DNA from: a virus
Taxonomy: Duplodnaviria > Caudoviricetes
DNA: 25,310 bases
Direction: 5' to 3' (one strand)
Virus record (IMG/VR): IMGVR_UViG_3300017911_000527
Span: 1-25,310 of that record
In this document: in pieces, positions 7,292 to 14,441 of the stretch
How the letters are laid out: each line of letters opens with the position of its first letter
Position numbering within the stretch: position 1 is the stretch's first letter
Notes under the pieces: model-generated
Told to the model about the DNA's origin: nothing
Seen by the model: the letters and a program-made list of their open reading frames with translations, nothing else
Databases searched by the model: none
Program-made: the position numbers and the translations under genes

Positions 7292-7492
7292 ATGAAAGAG
7301 TTCTACGCTAAATACCCAAAGTTCGAGCTGGCGTACAAGCTGGCTCGTAAGTTTGCCCAGATCAAGATGAGCCTCAAGGGTTACGTCTCTCAGCAGGAGC
7401 TGGCTGATTTTATTGACTCCCAGCCGATTAGTGAGCATGAGAAGTACGCCCTTGATTATGTAGTTAAACAAAACAAAGTGAAGGTGGTGTGA
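7292..7492 (+). CDS. Early hypothetical protein
   Basis: SD GGAGGT; tightly packed. Confidence 0.75.
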   Translation: MKEFYAKYPKFELAYKLARKFAQIKMSLKGYVSQQELADFIDSQPISEHEKYALDYVVKQNKVKVV

Positions 7493-7493
7493 G

Positions 7494-7667
7494 ATGATTT
7501 GGAAGATTGAAGAAGGTAAGGCGATAGCCACTCAGGAGATGTTCGACAAAGTTCATCCTGACTTCAAAGGCGAGACTGATGGTGTTAGCTACGTGATTAA
7601 CTACGAGCCAATACTTGACGCTACTGTTAGATACCCAGTTAAATTTGTTAAGGAGATTGTCCAATGA
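7494..7667 (+). CDS. Small early protein (57 aa; not in ORF track)
   Basis: MIWKIEEGKAIATQEMFDKVHPDFKGETDGVSYVINYEPILDATVRYPVKFVKEIVQ*; ATGA overlap with the next gene. Confidence 0.7.
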   Translation: MIWKIEEGKAIATQEMFDKVHPDFKGETDGVSYVINYEPILDATVRYPVKFVKEIVQ

Positions 7668-7858
7668 AACAGTTCAAGTTGAAAGAGAATGAGATGTTCT
7701 ACACTCCCAAGGATATGCAGGAGTTCGAGAAGATGATGGGTGAGTACGCAGGGAGTGAGTCAGTAGCCGCATGGACAGCGGCAGGGTGGGCTTGGAATCT
7801 TGCCGCCAAAATAGTTAACGAAAAAGTTGCAGAAGCAGAAGCAAAGGAGTTACAATGA
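7664..7858 (+). CDS. Early hypothetical protein
   Basis: SD AAGGAG. Confidence 0.75.
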   Translation: MKQFKLKENEMFYTPKDMQEFEKMMGEYAGSESVAAWTAAGWAWNLAAKIVNEKVAEAEAKELQ

Positions 7859-7876
7859 TGGCTGAGGAGGATGATG

Positions 7877-8029
7877 ATGGATCAGGAATACTTGGATAGG
7901 GCAGAGCGCATGAAGGACTTGCTCGAAGCTTACATGGATGTTGTTGAGGAAGATTATCAGATGATATTCGGAAACTTACACGAGATACATGAGGAGCTTA
8001 AAGATGAACCAGATTTACAAATCCTATAA
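7877..8029 (+). CDS. Small acidic early protein (50 aa; not in ORF track)
   Basis: SD GAGGAGG; MDQEYLDRAERMKDLLEAYMDVVEEDYQMIFGNLHEIHEELKDEPDLQIL*. Confidence 0.7.
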   Translation: MDQEYLDRAERMKDLLEAYMDVVEEDYQMIFGNLHEIHEELKDEPDLQIL

Positions 8030-8210
8030 AAACGAGGCTGAAGGTTTAAAGGCGGTAATTGCTGAAGGTGTTGGTAGGTTTGATTACCGTGTGATCTTCA
8101 TTGACACTGACGCTGACGGTGTTGTCCACGTTTCATTCAGCAAAACTTTCGAGAAGGCGGAGAAGAAAGCCTTAGAGTTTGTCAACATGGTGGAGTATGC
8201 AGATGCTTAG
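8004..8210 (+). CDS. Early hypothetical protein
   Basis: Start moved to ATG 8004 (SD GAGGAG). Confidence 0.7.
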   Translation: MNQIYKSYKNEAEGLKAVIAEGVGRFDYRVIFIDTDADGVVHVSFSKTFEKAEKKALEFVNMVEYADA

Positions 8211-8433
8211 AGTTTATGTCGATAATTTCAAGAGTGATATTTATTATGAGATTGGGTTAATGGGTGACATTGATATTTATGATTACCCTAGAGCGCGAGA
8301 CCTTCATCAGAAAATACTTGATTACAACCCTGATTACCAAAGAGAGTTTGACATCCACAAAAGAGAGTGGAAGCAAGCGGTGAATGAAGTTTGGATGGAG
8401 CGTATGGACGCTAAGGAGTATTACAATGATTGA
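8203..8433 (+). CDS. Early hypothetical protein
   Basis: Start moved to ATG 8203 (SD GGAG). Confidence 0.7.
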   Translation: MLRVYVDNFKSDIYYEIGLMGDIDIYDYPRARDLHQKILDYNPDYQREFDIHKREWKQAVNEVWMERMDAKEYYND

Positions 8434-8755
8434 AGCTCACAAACATTTAATCAAGTGGGGAATCAGCAGAGGCTACACTATTGAGATTGAGGATGAAGGC
8501 GAAATGGATTACTCAGGGACTGACTACGCCAAAGCAGTGGAGGCGGCAGAAGCAATCGAGACTGGTAATATTTACTTGTGCAAGGATGGTGAGTATGATG
8601 CTGGCTTCAGATATATCCTTCAGTGGGAGCAAAGCCCTGACGAGATTGTCAGTGACTGGGGAATCAACAAGGTCAGTGAGGCGTGGGATGAAGACTACAC
8701 CAGACACTGTAAGAAATATCCAATCAACAAACATTTTTCAAGAAGCAATAACTAA
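8426..8755 (+). CDS. Acidic early hypothetical protein
   Basis: Start moved to ATG 8426 (SD AAGGAG); 'PDEIVSDW' motif. Confidence 0.75.
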   Translation: MIEAHKHLIKWGISRGYTIEIEDEGEMDYSGTDYAKAVEAAEAIETGNIYLCKDGEYDAGFRYILQWEQSPDEIVSDWGINKVSEAWDEDYTRHCKKYPINKHFSRSNN

Positions 8756-8772
8756 CTAGCGAGGTAATATGA

Positions 8773-9075
8773 GTGTTAAATTTAATAGCGAAACTTTCAC
8801 CAGAAAAAGCGGCATCAACAGCATGGTATGCTCAGAAGATAGCTGCGAAATTAGGAGCTAAGGTCAGGTATGACAAGGATTGCAACCGTTACTTTATCAA
8901 GACCAAGCGTAGGCAGTACATCCTATCAGCACGGATGCGTAAGAAGCGTAAGCCTGAGATTGTTTACGGGGAAACTTACAAAGGGTATCATGCTGGCTAT
9001 CTCAGCTTTTACCGTGAGTACAAAGATCAAGACCGTAGTATGTGCGACATCCCAATGAGGTACGGTAATGACTGA
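8773..9075 (+). CDS. Basic hypothetical protein
   Basis: GTG start 7 nt after GAGGT; K/R-rich. Confidence 0.7.
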   Translation: MLNLIAKLSPEKAASTAWYAQKIAAKLGAKVRYDKDCNRYFIKTKRRQYILSARMRKKRKPEIVYGETYKGYHAGYLSFYREYKDQDRSMCDIPMRYGND

Positions 9076-9259
9076 GTTAAGTTTTGATGAGTTCCGTAAG
9101 CAGATGTACATTGACAACGTAGATGAAAGGCTTGCCTATGGTGAGCCTGTTCTACAATACAAAGATTACATCACTGAGTATGATGACTATTTAACTGGCA
9201 AATATTTGGAGATTAAAGGCTATGCTAACAGCGAACCCAGTAGTGAAGGCGGAGTTTGA
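9068..9259 (+). CDS. Hypothetical protein
   Basis: SD GAGGT; 'F..F...MY.DN..ER..YGE' pattern. Confidence 0.75.
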   Translation: MTELSFDEFRKQMYIDNVDERLAYGEPVLQYKDYITEYDDYLTGKYLEIKGYANSEPSSEGGV

Positions 9260-9401
9260 AGATATAACCGTGTTGATACGTAAGGAGAGAGCAAGGTTGT
9301 GGGACTTGGAAGATCAGGGTGTAGACCCTAGCTACCACTGGCTTGATTATCTTGAGTCAGAGAAGGAGCGTGGTGTTGAGCGCATGGTGGTGAACCTATG
9401 A
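9222..9401 (+). CDS. Small hypothetical protein (59 aa; not in ORF track)
   Basis: MLTANPVVKAEFEDITVLIRKERARLWDLEDQGVDPSYHWLDYLESEKERGVERMVVNL*; ATGA overlap with the next gene. Confidence 0.65.
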   Translation: MLTANPVVKAEFEDITVLIRKERARLWDLEDQGVDPSYHWLDYLESEKERGVERMVVNL

Positions 9402-9559
9402 GTGAAGCATCGCACTATGGCAAAGGGGATCGACAGCGTAAAGTCGATAGGAAAAAGTTTGACGATAACTGGGATAGGATATTTGGTAAGAAGAAAAGAG
9501 TATCCACAGAGAATTTGAATCCTGAATCCAAGTCAAGTAAAAAAAGTGATTCAAATTGA
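9398..9559 (+). CDS. Small basic protein, 'GKGD..R..D..KF.DNWDRIF' type (53 aa; not in ORF track)
   Basis: MSEASHYGKGDRQRKVDRKKFDDNWDRIFGKKKR...; motif recalled from aquatic phages. Confidence 0.7.
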   Translation: MSEASHYGKGDRQRKVDRKKFDDNWDRIFGKKKRVSTENLNPESKSSKKSDSN

Positions 9560-9591
9560 ATCGATTTGGCTTGATTAGTAAAACGTTTTAC
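9548..9591. promoter_or_regulatory. Two palindromes upstream of the MarR-int operon (candidate operators)
   Basis: GATTCAA-A-TTGAATC (9548-9562) and perfect GTAAAACGTTTTAC (9578-9591); the latter lies between TTGATT (9571) and TAGATA (9594), 17 bp apart. Confidence 0.5.
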
Positions 9592-9631
9592 CTTAGATAC
9601 GCTACCGAAGAAACTTGACAAAGGAGTTATA

Positions 9632-9784
9632 ATGTTATTTAAGCTAGGTAGATATGAAGTATGTGTAGGTAAATGCCTGTGGGATTGGTACAAACTACCT
9701 CGAATATACTTTAGAAAGGCTGATATGTTCATCAGCTGGTTAGGGGGTTGTATTGTCTGGTCGAGACTTAAAAGAACATCTTAG
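9632..9784 (+). CDS. Small hypothetical protein (50 aa; not in ORF track)
   Basis: SD AAGGAG; MLFKLGRYEVCVGKCLWDWYKLPRIYFRKADMFISWLGGCIVWSRLKRTS*. Confidence 0.6.
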   Translation: MLFKLGRYEVCVGKCLWDWYKLPRIYFRKADMFISWLGGCIVWSRLKRTS

Positions 9785-10064
9785 AATACTAACAGAGTTT
9801 AGAAAGATAGACCCTTGGATGCACATTCAAACGGTCTACGCTTTTGTAACCATTGCTCAAAGAACATTTGTAAACAACGAGGAGTTACGAGTAATGGATG
9901 TAGGAGAGTTGATGGAAACATCCAGTGCTAGTGCAAGTAGAAACTTACGAGTGCTAGTAGATCACGACTTAATTAAACTTTACGAAAATCCAGACAGGCG
10001 TATTGAGAAGTTTGTCGAAGTAACAAAGCTTGGGAGAGCTTTAGCTAGGAGGATAAAATTATGA
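9753..10064 (+). CDS. MarR-like winged-helix transcriptional regulator
   Basis: 'FRKIDP.M..QT..AF..IA', HTH 'VMDVGELMETSSASASRNLRVL' and wing 'NPDRRIEKFVEVTKLGR'; ATGA overlap with the integrase. Confidence 0.85.
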   Translation: MSGRDLKEHLRILTEFRKIDPWMHIQTVYAFVTIAQRTFVNNEELRVMDVGELMETSSASASRNLRVLVDHDLIKLYENPDRRIEKFVEVTKLGRALARRIKL

Positions 10065-11068
10065 GTGTTAAACCTAGAGGTAATGGATGGGAAGCATACG
10101 TAACCTTCAAAGGTAAAAAGTTCAGGCGTACTCTCTCCACTAAGGAAGATGCTACTGTATTGGAGGCAATGTGGCAGAGGGAGATAGCTCAGGGCAAGAT
10201 GCCTACCAAGATGGACGTAGACAAGGAGACAGGTAAAGCGTCAGGCTGGTCGTTACGTCAAGCGATGAACCGTTGCCACGAAAACTACTGGCGCGATAGT
10301 AAAAACGAGTTCCAGATTATTTATATCCAGAACATTATCTGTAAATACTGGGGAGAAGATACTCCAATAAACAGAATCAGCACCAGTGCTGTTTTTAACT
10401 GGATTAGATATATGAAGGAGGATCGTGGTTACGCTCCATCAACGTGTAACAGACACATCTCAGTCCTCAAGCGTTGCTTAGACAATGCTGTTGACGAAGG
10501 CGCATTAACTACAGTACCGAAGTTTAAACGCCAGAGTGAGAAGGGCAGAGAGAGGTTGGAGTTCTTCACCAAGGAGGAAGAGGAATCCATCCTAGCGGAG
10601 TTCAAGCGTATGGGTGAGGACTACCTATATGACTATGCTATCGTGGCTGTAGATACAGGTATGAGAGCCTCAGAGGTACTCAAGATAGACGGTACTTTAC
10701 ACCAGCTACAACAGACCCGTGATGACGGCAGTCCAATCTACGGTGTGTATGTACCAGATAGGAAGAACGGTGAGCCTTTATTGATGCCCGTGACTAAACG
10801 AGTTGAAGAGGTAATCCGTAGACGTAAGAAGTTCAAGACACATATTAGTAACCACCGCTTCGCGTGGGATCAGGTTCGATCAAAGCTAGGTCTTGATAAT
10901 AAATGCTGGCACTCGTGGAGACATACCACGGCTACCAGACTAACAGCGAAGGGCTGGGATACTGCAAATATCATGCGATACATGGGTCACAAAAACATTG
11001 CAACCACATTGAAGTATGCTAAATGGAATACAGATACGTTGGTTGGTGGCTCTAGTTTACTTGAATAA
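10061..11068 (+). CDS. int: Tyrosine integrase
   Basis: N-terminal arm-binding-like region, 'APSTCNRHISVLK', catalytic R (DTGMRASE), K (RKNGE), H..RH (HSWRHT), 'MGHKNIATTLKY'. Confidence 0.95.
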   Translation: MSVKPRGNGWEAYVTFKGKKFRRTLSTKEDATVLEAMWQREIAQGKMPTKMDVDKETGKASGWSLRQAMNRCHENYWRDSKNEFQIIYIQNIICKYWGEDTPINRISTSAVFNWIRYMKEDRGYAPSTCNRHISVLKRCLDNAVDEGALTTVPKFKRQSEKGRERLEFFTKEEEESILAEFKRMGEDYLYDYAIVAVDTGMRASEVLKIDGTLHQLQQTRDDGSPIYGVYVPDRKNGEPLLMPVTKRVEEVIRRRKKFKTHISNHRFAWDQVRSKLGLDNKCWHSWRHTTATRLTAKGWDTANIMRYMGHKNIATTLKYAKWNTDTLVGGSSLLE

Positions 11069-11070
11069 TG

Positions 11071-11317
11071 CTTGTGTCCTGTGTGTCCTAGAGTGTCCCA
11101 AGTGGCGTGTGAGGTGAAGAGAAAATGACAGAATACTTAGAGGAGAGATGGGTGAGTGGCTTAAACCACAGGTTTGCTAATCCATTGAAACCTTATCACG
11201 CCACCGTAACAAGTTTTAATTAAACAAAGGAAGATGAAACACATTCCAAATAATCCTTTGCTCCGCTACCGTAGGAAGTAATGAGCAAAGCCACAGTAAA
11301 GCTAATAAGTGTCCCAA
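11071..11317 (+). mobile_element. attP: attP region with GTGTCC arm-type repeats
   Basis: GTGTCC at 11074, 11083, 11093 and 11309; identical AGTGTCCCAA at 11092-11101 and 11308-11317 on opposite sides of the tRNA-derived core; immediately downstream of int. Confidence 0.75.
11142..11180 (+). other. attP core = 5' half of tRNA-Ser(GCU) (fragment, not a full tRNA)
   Basis: GGAGAGA-TG-GGTGAGTGGCTTAAACC-A-CAGGT-TTGCTAA gives the acceptor 5' strand, D arm, anticodon 5' strand and loop with GCT; the expected ACCTG, variable arm and T arm are absent. Confidence 0.85.
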
Positions 11318-11328
11318 AAGGAGGCAAC

Positions 11329-12111
11329 ATGGCAACATTGGAACAACAAATTGAGTTGGAGTATGAGATGGTTCAGTCAGGTATTGACCGCTACCACCGC
11401 CAGCTAATGGATTTATTGGAAAAGGATTTAGGCTCAAAGACTAAGCATGGTCGAACCATAATCAAAGGTATTCTTGACCCAGTTCAAGCTGCGATTGAGG
11501 ATCATTGTAAGGTAGACCGAAACCACAACAGGGCTACGTCCAAGACACTGCTCAAAGGTATGGACGCTGGTAAGGTTGCGTACCTTGCACTAGTCTGTTT
11601 GATTGACAACCTAGCCAACAATGGGACGCTGTTAAAGGTTGCCCGTAACATAGGTATACAAGTTGAGACGCAGAAGAGGTTGGATACGTGGTTGAAGCAG
11701 GATAAAGAAGTAGCTCAGAATATGATTAAGGAAGCCAACAAGAAGTCAGACAAGGGTTTTCACCATAAGCGTTACGGGCTTGACCACAAGATTAAACACG
11801 ATGGTGTTGACCTACCAGCGTGGACAGCTCAAGAAAGAATTAACGTAGGTATTAAACTGGTAGACCTAATCATATCTGCGACAGGGATTGTAAAGCTTGA
11901 GAAGAAAATACAGAAAAGGAAAACTGTTTACCATGTCGTACCCACGAAGGAGACAGAAGAGTGGATTAAGGCATTTAACGAAACTAACGAGATAGCACTA
12001 CCACGTTACAGCCCGTGTATTATTGAGCCTAAAGACTGGGATGGGTTCTGGGGTGGTGGTTACTATTCTGAACACATAAACAAACTACCGTTCGTGAGGG
12101 TACACGCATGA
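11329..12111 (+). CDS. T7-type RNA polymerase, N-terminal (promoter-binding) part
   Basis: Best start ATG 11329 (SD AAGGAGG; alternative 11281); 'LEQQIELEYEM...G..RY', 'W....RINVGIKLVDLII..TG' and 'PRYSPCIIEPKDW.G..GGGYY.....LPFVRVH' match T7 RNAP up to about residue 301. Confidence 0.9.
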   Translation: MATLEQQIELEYEMVQSGIDRYHRQLMDLLEKDLGSKTKHGRTIIKGILDPVQAAIEDHCKVDRNHNRATSKTLLKGMDAGKVAYLALVCLIDNLANNGTLLKVARNIGIQVETQKRLDTWLKQDKEVAQNMIKEANKKSDKGFHHKRYGLDHKIKHDGVDLPAWTAQERINVGIKLVDLIISATGIVKLEKKIQKRKTVYHVVPTKETEEWIKAFNETNEIALPRYSPCIIEPKDWDGFWGGGYYSEHINKLPFVRVHA

Positions 12112-13766
12112 GACAAGCCGCACAAGATTATGTAAACGCACTACAGCAGTGTGACCTGAGTCTAGAGTACCAGTGTGTTAACGCTCTACAGCGTACACCG
12201 TGGCGTATAAACGAGTTCGTGGTTGATACTCTACGCCAGTGTTGGGATAGCGGTCAGGAGTGGGAGGGATTACCACCACGGGACAACCTGAGCCTACCTA
12301 AGTACCCGTTCAGCAAAGAGCCGCAATACTTAAACGATGAAGAGAAGGCTAAGTTTAAGCAGTTCAAGTCTGACCGTAACAAAATACATTCGCACAACAA
12401 CAAGTCGATGTCGAAGCGTATCCAAGTGGAGCGTACCATCCAGCTTGCAGAGCAGTACAAAGACATTGAGAAAATGTGGTACGTTTGGCAGTTAGACTTC
12501 CGTGGACGCAAGTATCCAGTAGAATCATTCTTGTCTCCACAGAACGCTGACTACAGTAAAGCATTGTTAGAGTTTGCAGAAGGCGTGATAGTATCTAATG
12601 ACGATGATGCTAGGTGGCTGGCTATACACGGGGCGAACGTATTCGGTGTTGATAAGGTAAGTTTGGAAGATCGAGAGATGTGGGCGTACATGAACGTACA
12701 GAACGCTGTTGATGTTTATAACGATCCTTTAACAAACAAATGGTGGCAGGAAGCAGACAAACCTTGGCAAGCACTGGCATGGTGTTATGAGTGGGCGTTA
12801 TACAACAACGCTAGACAGTTCGGTGAGCCTTTCTATACTCACCTACCTTGTGCAAGTGATGGCAGTTGTAACGGACTACAGCACCTATCTGCAATGTTAA
12901 GAGACTTGGAAGGTGGTCGAGCAGTAAACCTCACCCCCAACGAAACACCTCAAGACATTTACACGGATGTAGCGAAGCGAACAGTTGAGTTGTTAGAGAA
13001 GGAAGACACGTTGATGGCTCGACAGTTGTTAGAGATGGGCGTGTGCCGCAAGATATGTAAACGTCCCGTGATGATTGTGCCGTACTCAGGGACACAGCAC
13101 AGTTGCCGTGATTACATACTGGAGGCAATGGAAGAGAAGTGTAAAGGGAATAATCCTTGGAATGATGACTTGTGGAAGCCAGCAACCTACCTAGCTAAGT
13201 TTGTTTGGAAAGCCATCAACGAAGTTATCGTATCAGCACATAAGGTAATGGGATACATCAAGGAGATTGCAAAACTGTACAGTCAGGAAGGCAAGCCGTT
13301 TGAATGGTTAACACCTACAGGTTTACTTGTAAGACAGTCGTATAGTAATACTAAAAAGTTACGGATATGGACGCACCTCAGCGGGTCAGTTGTAAAACTA
13401 AATTATAGACAGCCGCTAGAGAAGACCATTGATGTACGTAAGAGTGTGAGCGGGGCTAGTCCAAACTTTGTACATTCGCTTGATGCCGCAGCTCTTACAC
13501 TAACCGTGGACAAATGTTTGAAGGAAGGAATAACTGACTTCGCTATGGTTCACGACAGTTATGGTACACATTGTACAAATATGCCGAAGCTCAATGAGAA
13601 GCTAAGGGAAGCTTTTGTCGAGATGTATCGTGACAATGATGTACTGCTTAATCTCTACGATAGTGCAGTATCTACACTACAGGAGGATACGGATATACCA
13701 AAACCTCCAGAAAGAGGAAGCTTAGCTATAGAGGAGGTATTGAATAGTGATTACTTTTTTGCATAG
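12108..13766 (+). CDS. T7-type RNA polymerase, catalytic C-terminal part
   Basis: 'VNALQRTPWRIN', DFRGR, motif A DGSCNGLQH, motif B RKICKRPVMIVPYS, PNFVHSLDA, motif C HDSY, terminal DYFFA. Confidence 0.97.
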   Translation: MRQAAQDYVNALQQCDLSLEYQCVNALQRTPWRINEFVVDTLRQCWDSGQEWEGLPPRDNLSLPKYPFSKEPQYLNDEEKAKFKQFKSDRNKIHSHNNKSMSKRIQVERTIQLAEQYKDIEKMWYVWQLDFRGRKYPVESFLSPQNADYSKALLEFAEGVIVSNDDDARWLAIHGANVFGVDKVSLEDREMWAYMNVQNAVDVYNDPLTNKWWQEADKPWQALAWCYEWALYNNARQFGEPFYTHLPCASDGSCNGLQHLSAMLRDLEGGRAVNLTPNETPQDIYTDVAKRTVELLEKEDTLMARQLLEMGVCRKICKRPVMIVPYSGTQHSCRDYILEAMEEKCKGNNPWNDDLWKPATYLAKFVWKAINEVIVSAHKVMGYIKEIAKLYSQEGKPFEWLTPTGLLVRQSYSNTKKLRIWTHLSGSVVKLNYRQPLEKTIDVRKSVSGASPNFVHSLDAAALTLTVDKCLKEGITDFAMVHDSYGTHCTNMPKLNEKLREAFVEMYRDNDVLLNLYDSAVSTLQEDTDIPKPPERGSLAIEEVLNSDYFFA

Positions 13767-13768
13767 TT

Positions 13769-13787
13769 CTCTAACCACCCCCTATAG
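13769..13787 (+). promoter_or_regulatory. Phage RNAP promoter (replication genes)
   Basis: CTCTAACCACCCCCTATAG right after the RNAP stop; identical to 22098-22116. Confidence 0.85.
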
Positions 13788-13817
13788 CAATCCTTAACTA
13801 ACTTAAACAATATAGGA

Positions 13818-14441
13818 ATGAAAAATATGGCGAAAAATTTACTAGTATTAGAAGGTAAGGCAATGTGGGCTAAGGTGTTTGAGCCTGATACAAAGTTCAA
13901 CCCAGCGGGTGACTACAGTATCAATCTACAAATGACTGAAGCTGATGCCGCACCAATGTGTGAGAAATTAGAAGGGATAATTCAAGAGACATTCAACAAG
14001 GCAGTTAAAGAAAAGCCACAGTTGAAAAACACTCTGACCACACAAGATGTTATGCAACCTGTTTACGATAGGGATACTGGAGACCCTACAGGTGATGTTG
14101 AATTTAAGTTTAAACTAAAAGCTAAGATTCAGAAGAAGGACGGTACGTGGTACGAACAAGAACCAGTTGTCTTAGACTCTAAGAAGACACCGCTAAATGG
14201 TGACACTCTTATTGGTAACGGTTCAAGAGTTAAAGTTGCGTTCGAGCCTATTCCCTACATCATGCAATCAACCAAGAAGGTAGGAACATCTTTACGGTTG
14301 AAAGCCATTCAGGTGATTGACTTGGTTGAGTACGGTAACTCAGCCGCAAGCGTGTTTGATGAAGAAGACGGATTTGTTACCCCCTCCGCTAACGAGTCTT
14401 CTGAGTCAGCTGAGGTGTTTGCTGATGCCAGTGACTTCTAG
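13818..14441 (+). CDS. ssb: Single-stranded DNA-binding protein (T7 gp2.5-like)
   Basis: 'WAKVFEPDTKFNPAG.Y', 'IGNGSRVKV', 'LRLKAIQVIDLVEY'; acidic tail ending in F. Confidence 0.92.
   Translation: MKNMAKNLLVLEGKAMWAKVFEPDTKFNPAGDYSINLQMTEADAAPMCEKLEGIIQETFNKAVKEKPQLKNTLTTQDVMQPVYDRDTGDPTGDVEFKFKLKAKIQKKDGTWYEQEPVVLDSKKTPLNGDTLIGNGSRVKVAFEPIPYIMQSTKKVGTSLRLKAIQVIDLVEYGNSAASVFDEEDGFVTPSANESSESAEVFADASDF

Noticed and set aside
8769-8861. Alternative 30-aa ORF starting at ATG 8769
   Set aside because: SD spacing is only 3 nt; the GTG 8773 frame has better spacing and gives a 100-aa ORF overlapping the next gene.
9615-9633. Perfect TTGACA and TATAAT hexamers
   Set aside because: They are only 7 bp apart; the interval is better explained as SD (AAGGAG) + ATG of the 9632 ORF.
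10873-10880. GGTTCGAT as the T-loop of a permuted or split tRNA 3' half
   Set aside because: It lies inside the int coding sequence with no T-stem or acceptor complement around it.
11142-11230. Complete phage tRNA-Ser gene
   Set aside because: The 3' anticodon strand, variable arm, T arm and 3' acceptor strand are missing; treated as the attP core.
12960-12971. TACACGGATGTA CsrA-consensus hairpin inside the RNAP gene (similar at about 7931 and 8929)
   Set aside because: Explained by codons of the conserved DIYTDV segment and far from any start codon; likely chance.
11329-13766. RNAP as a decayed pseudogene, or interrupted by an intron or intein
   Set aside because: Both halves keep all expected motifs, no intervening sequence is present, the join is a coupled ATGA with an SD, and promoter copies are conserved. 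A one-base sequencing error cannot be excluded without reads.
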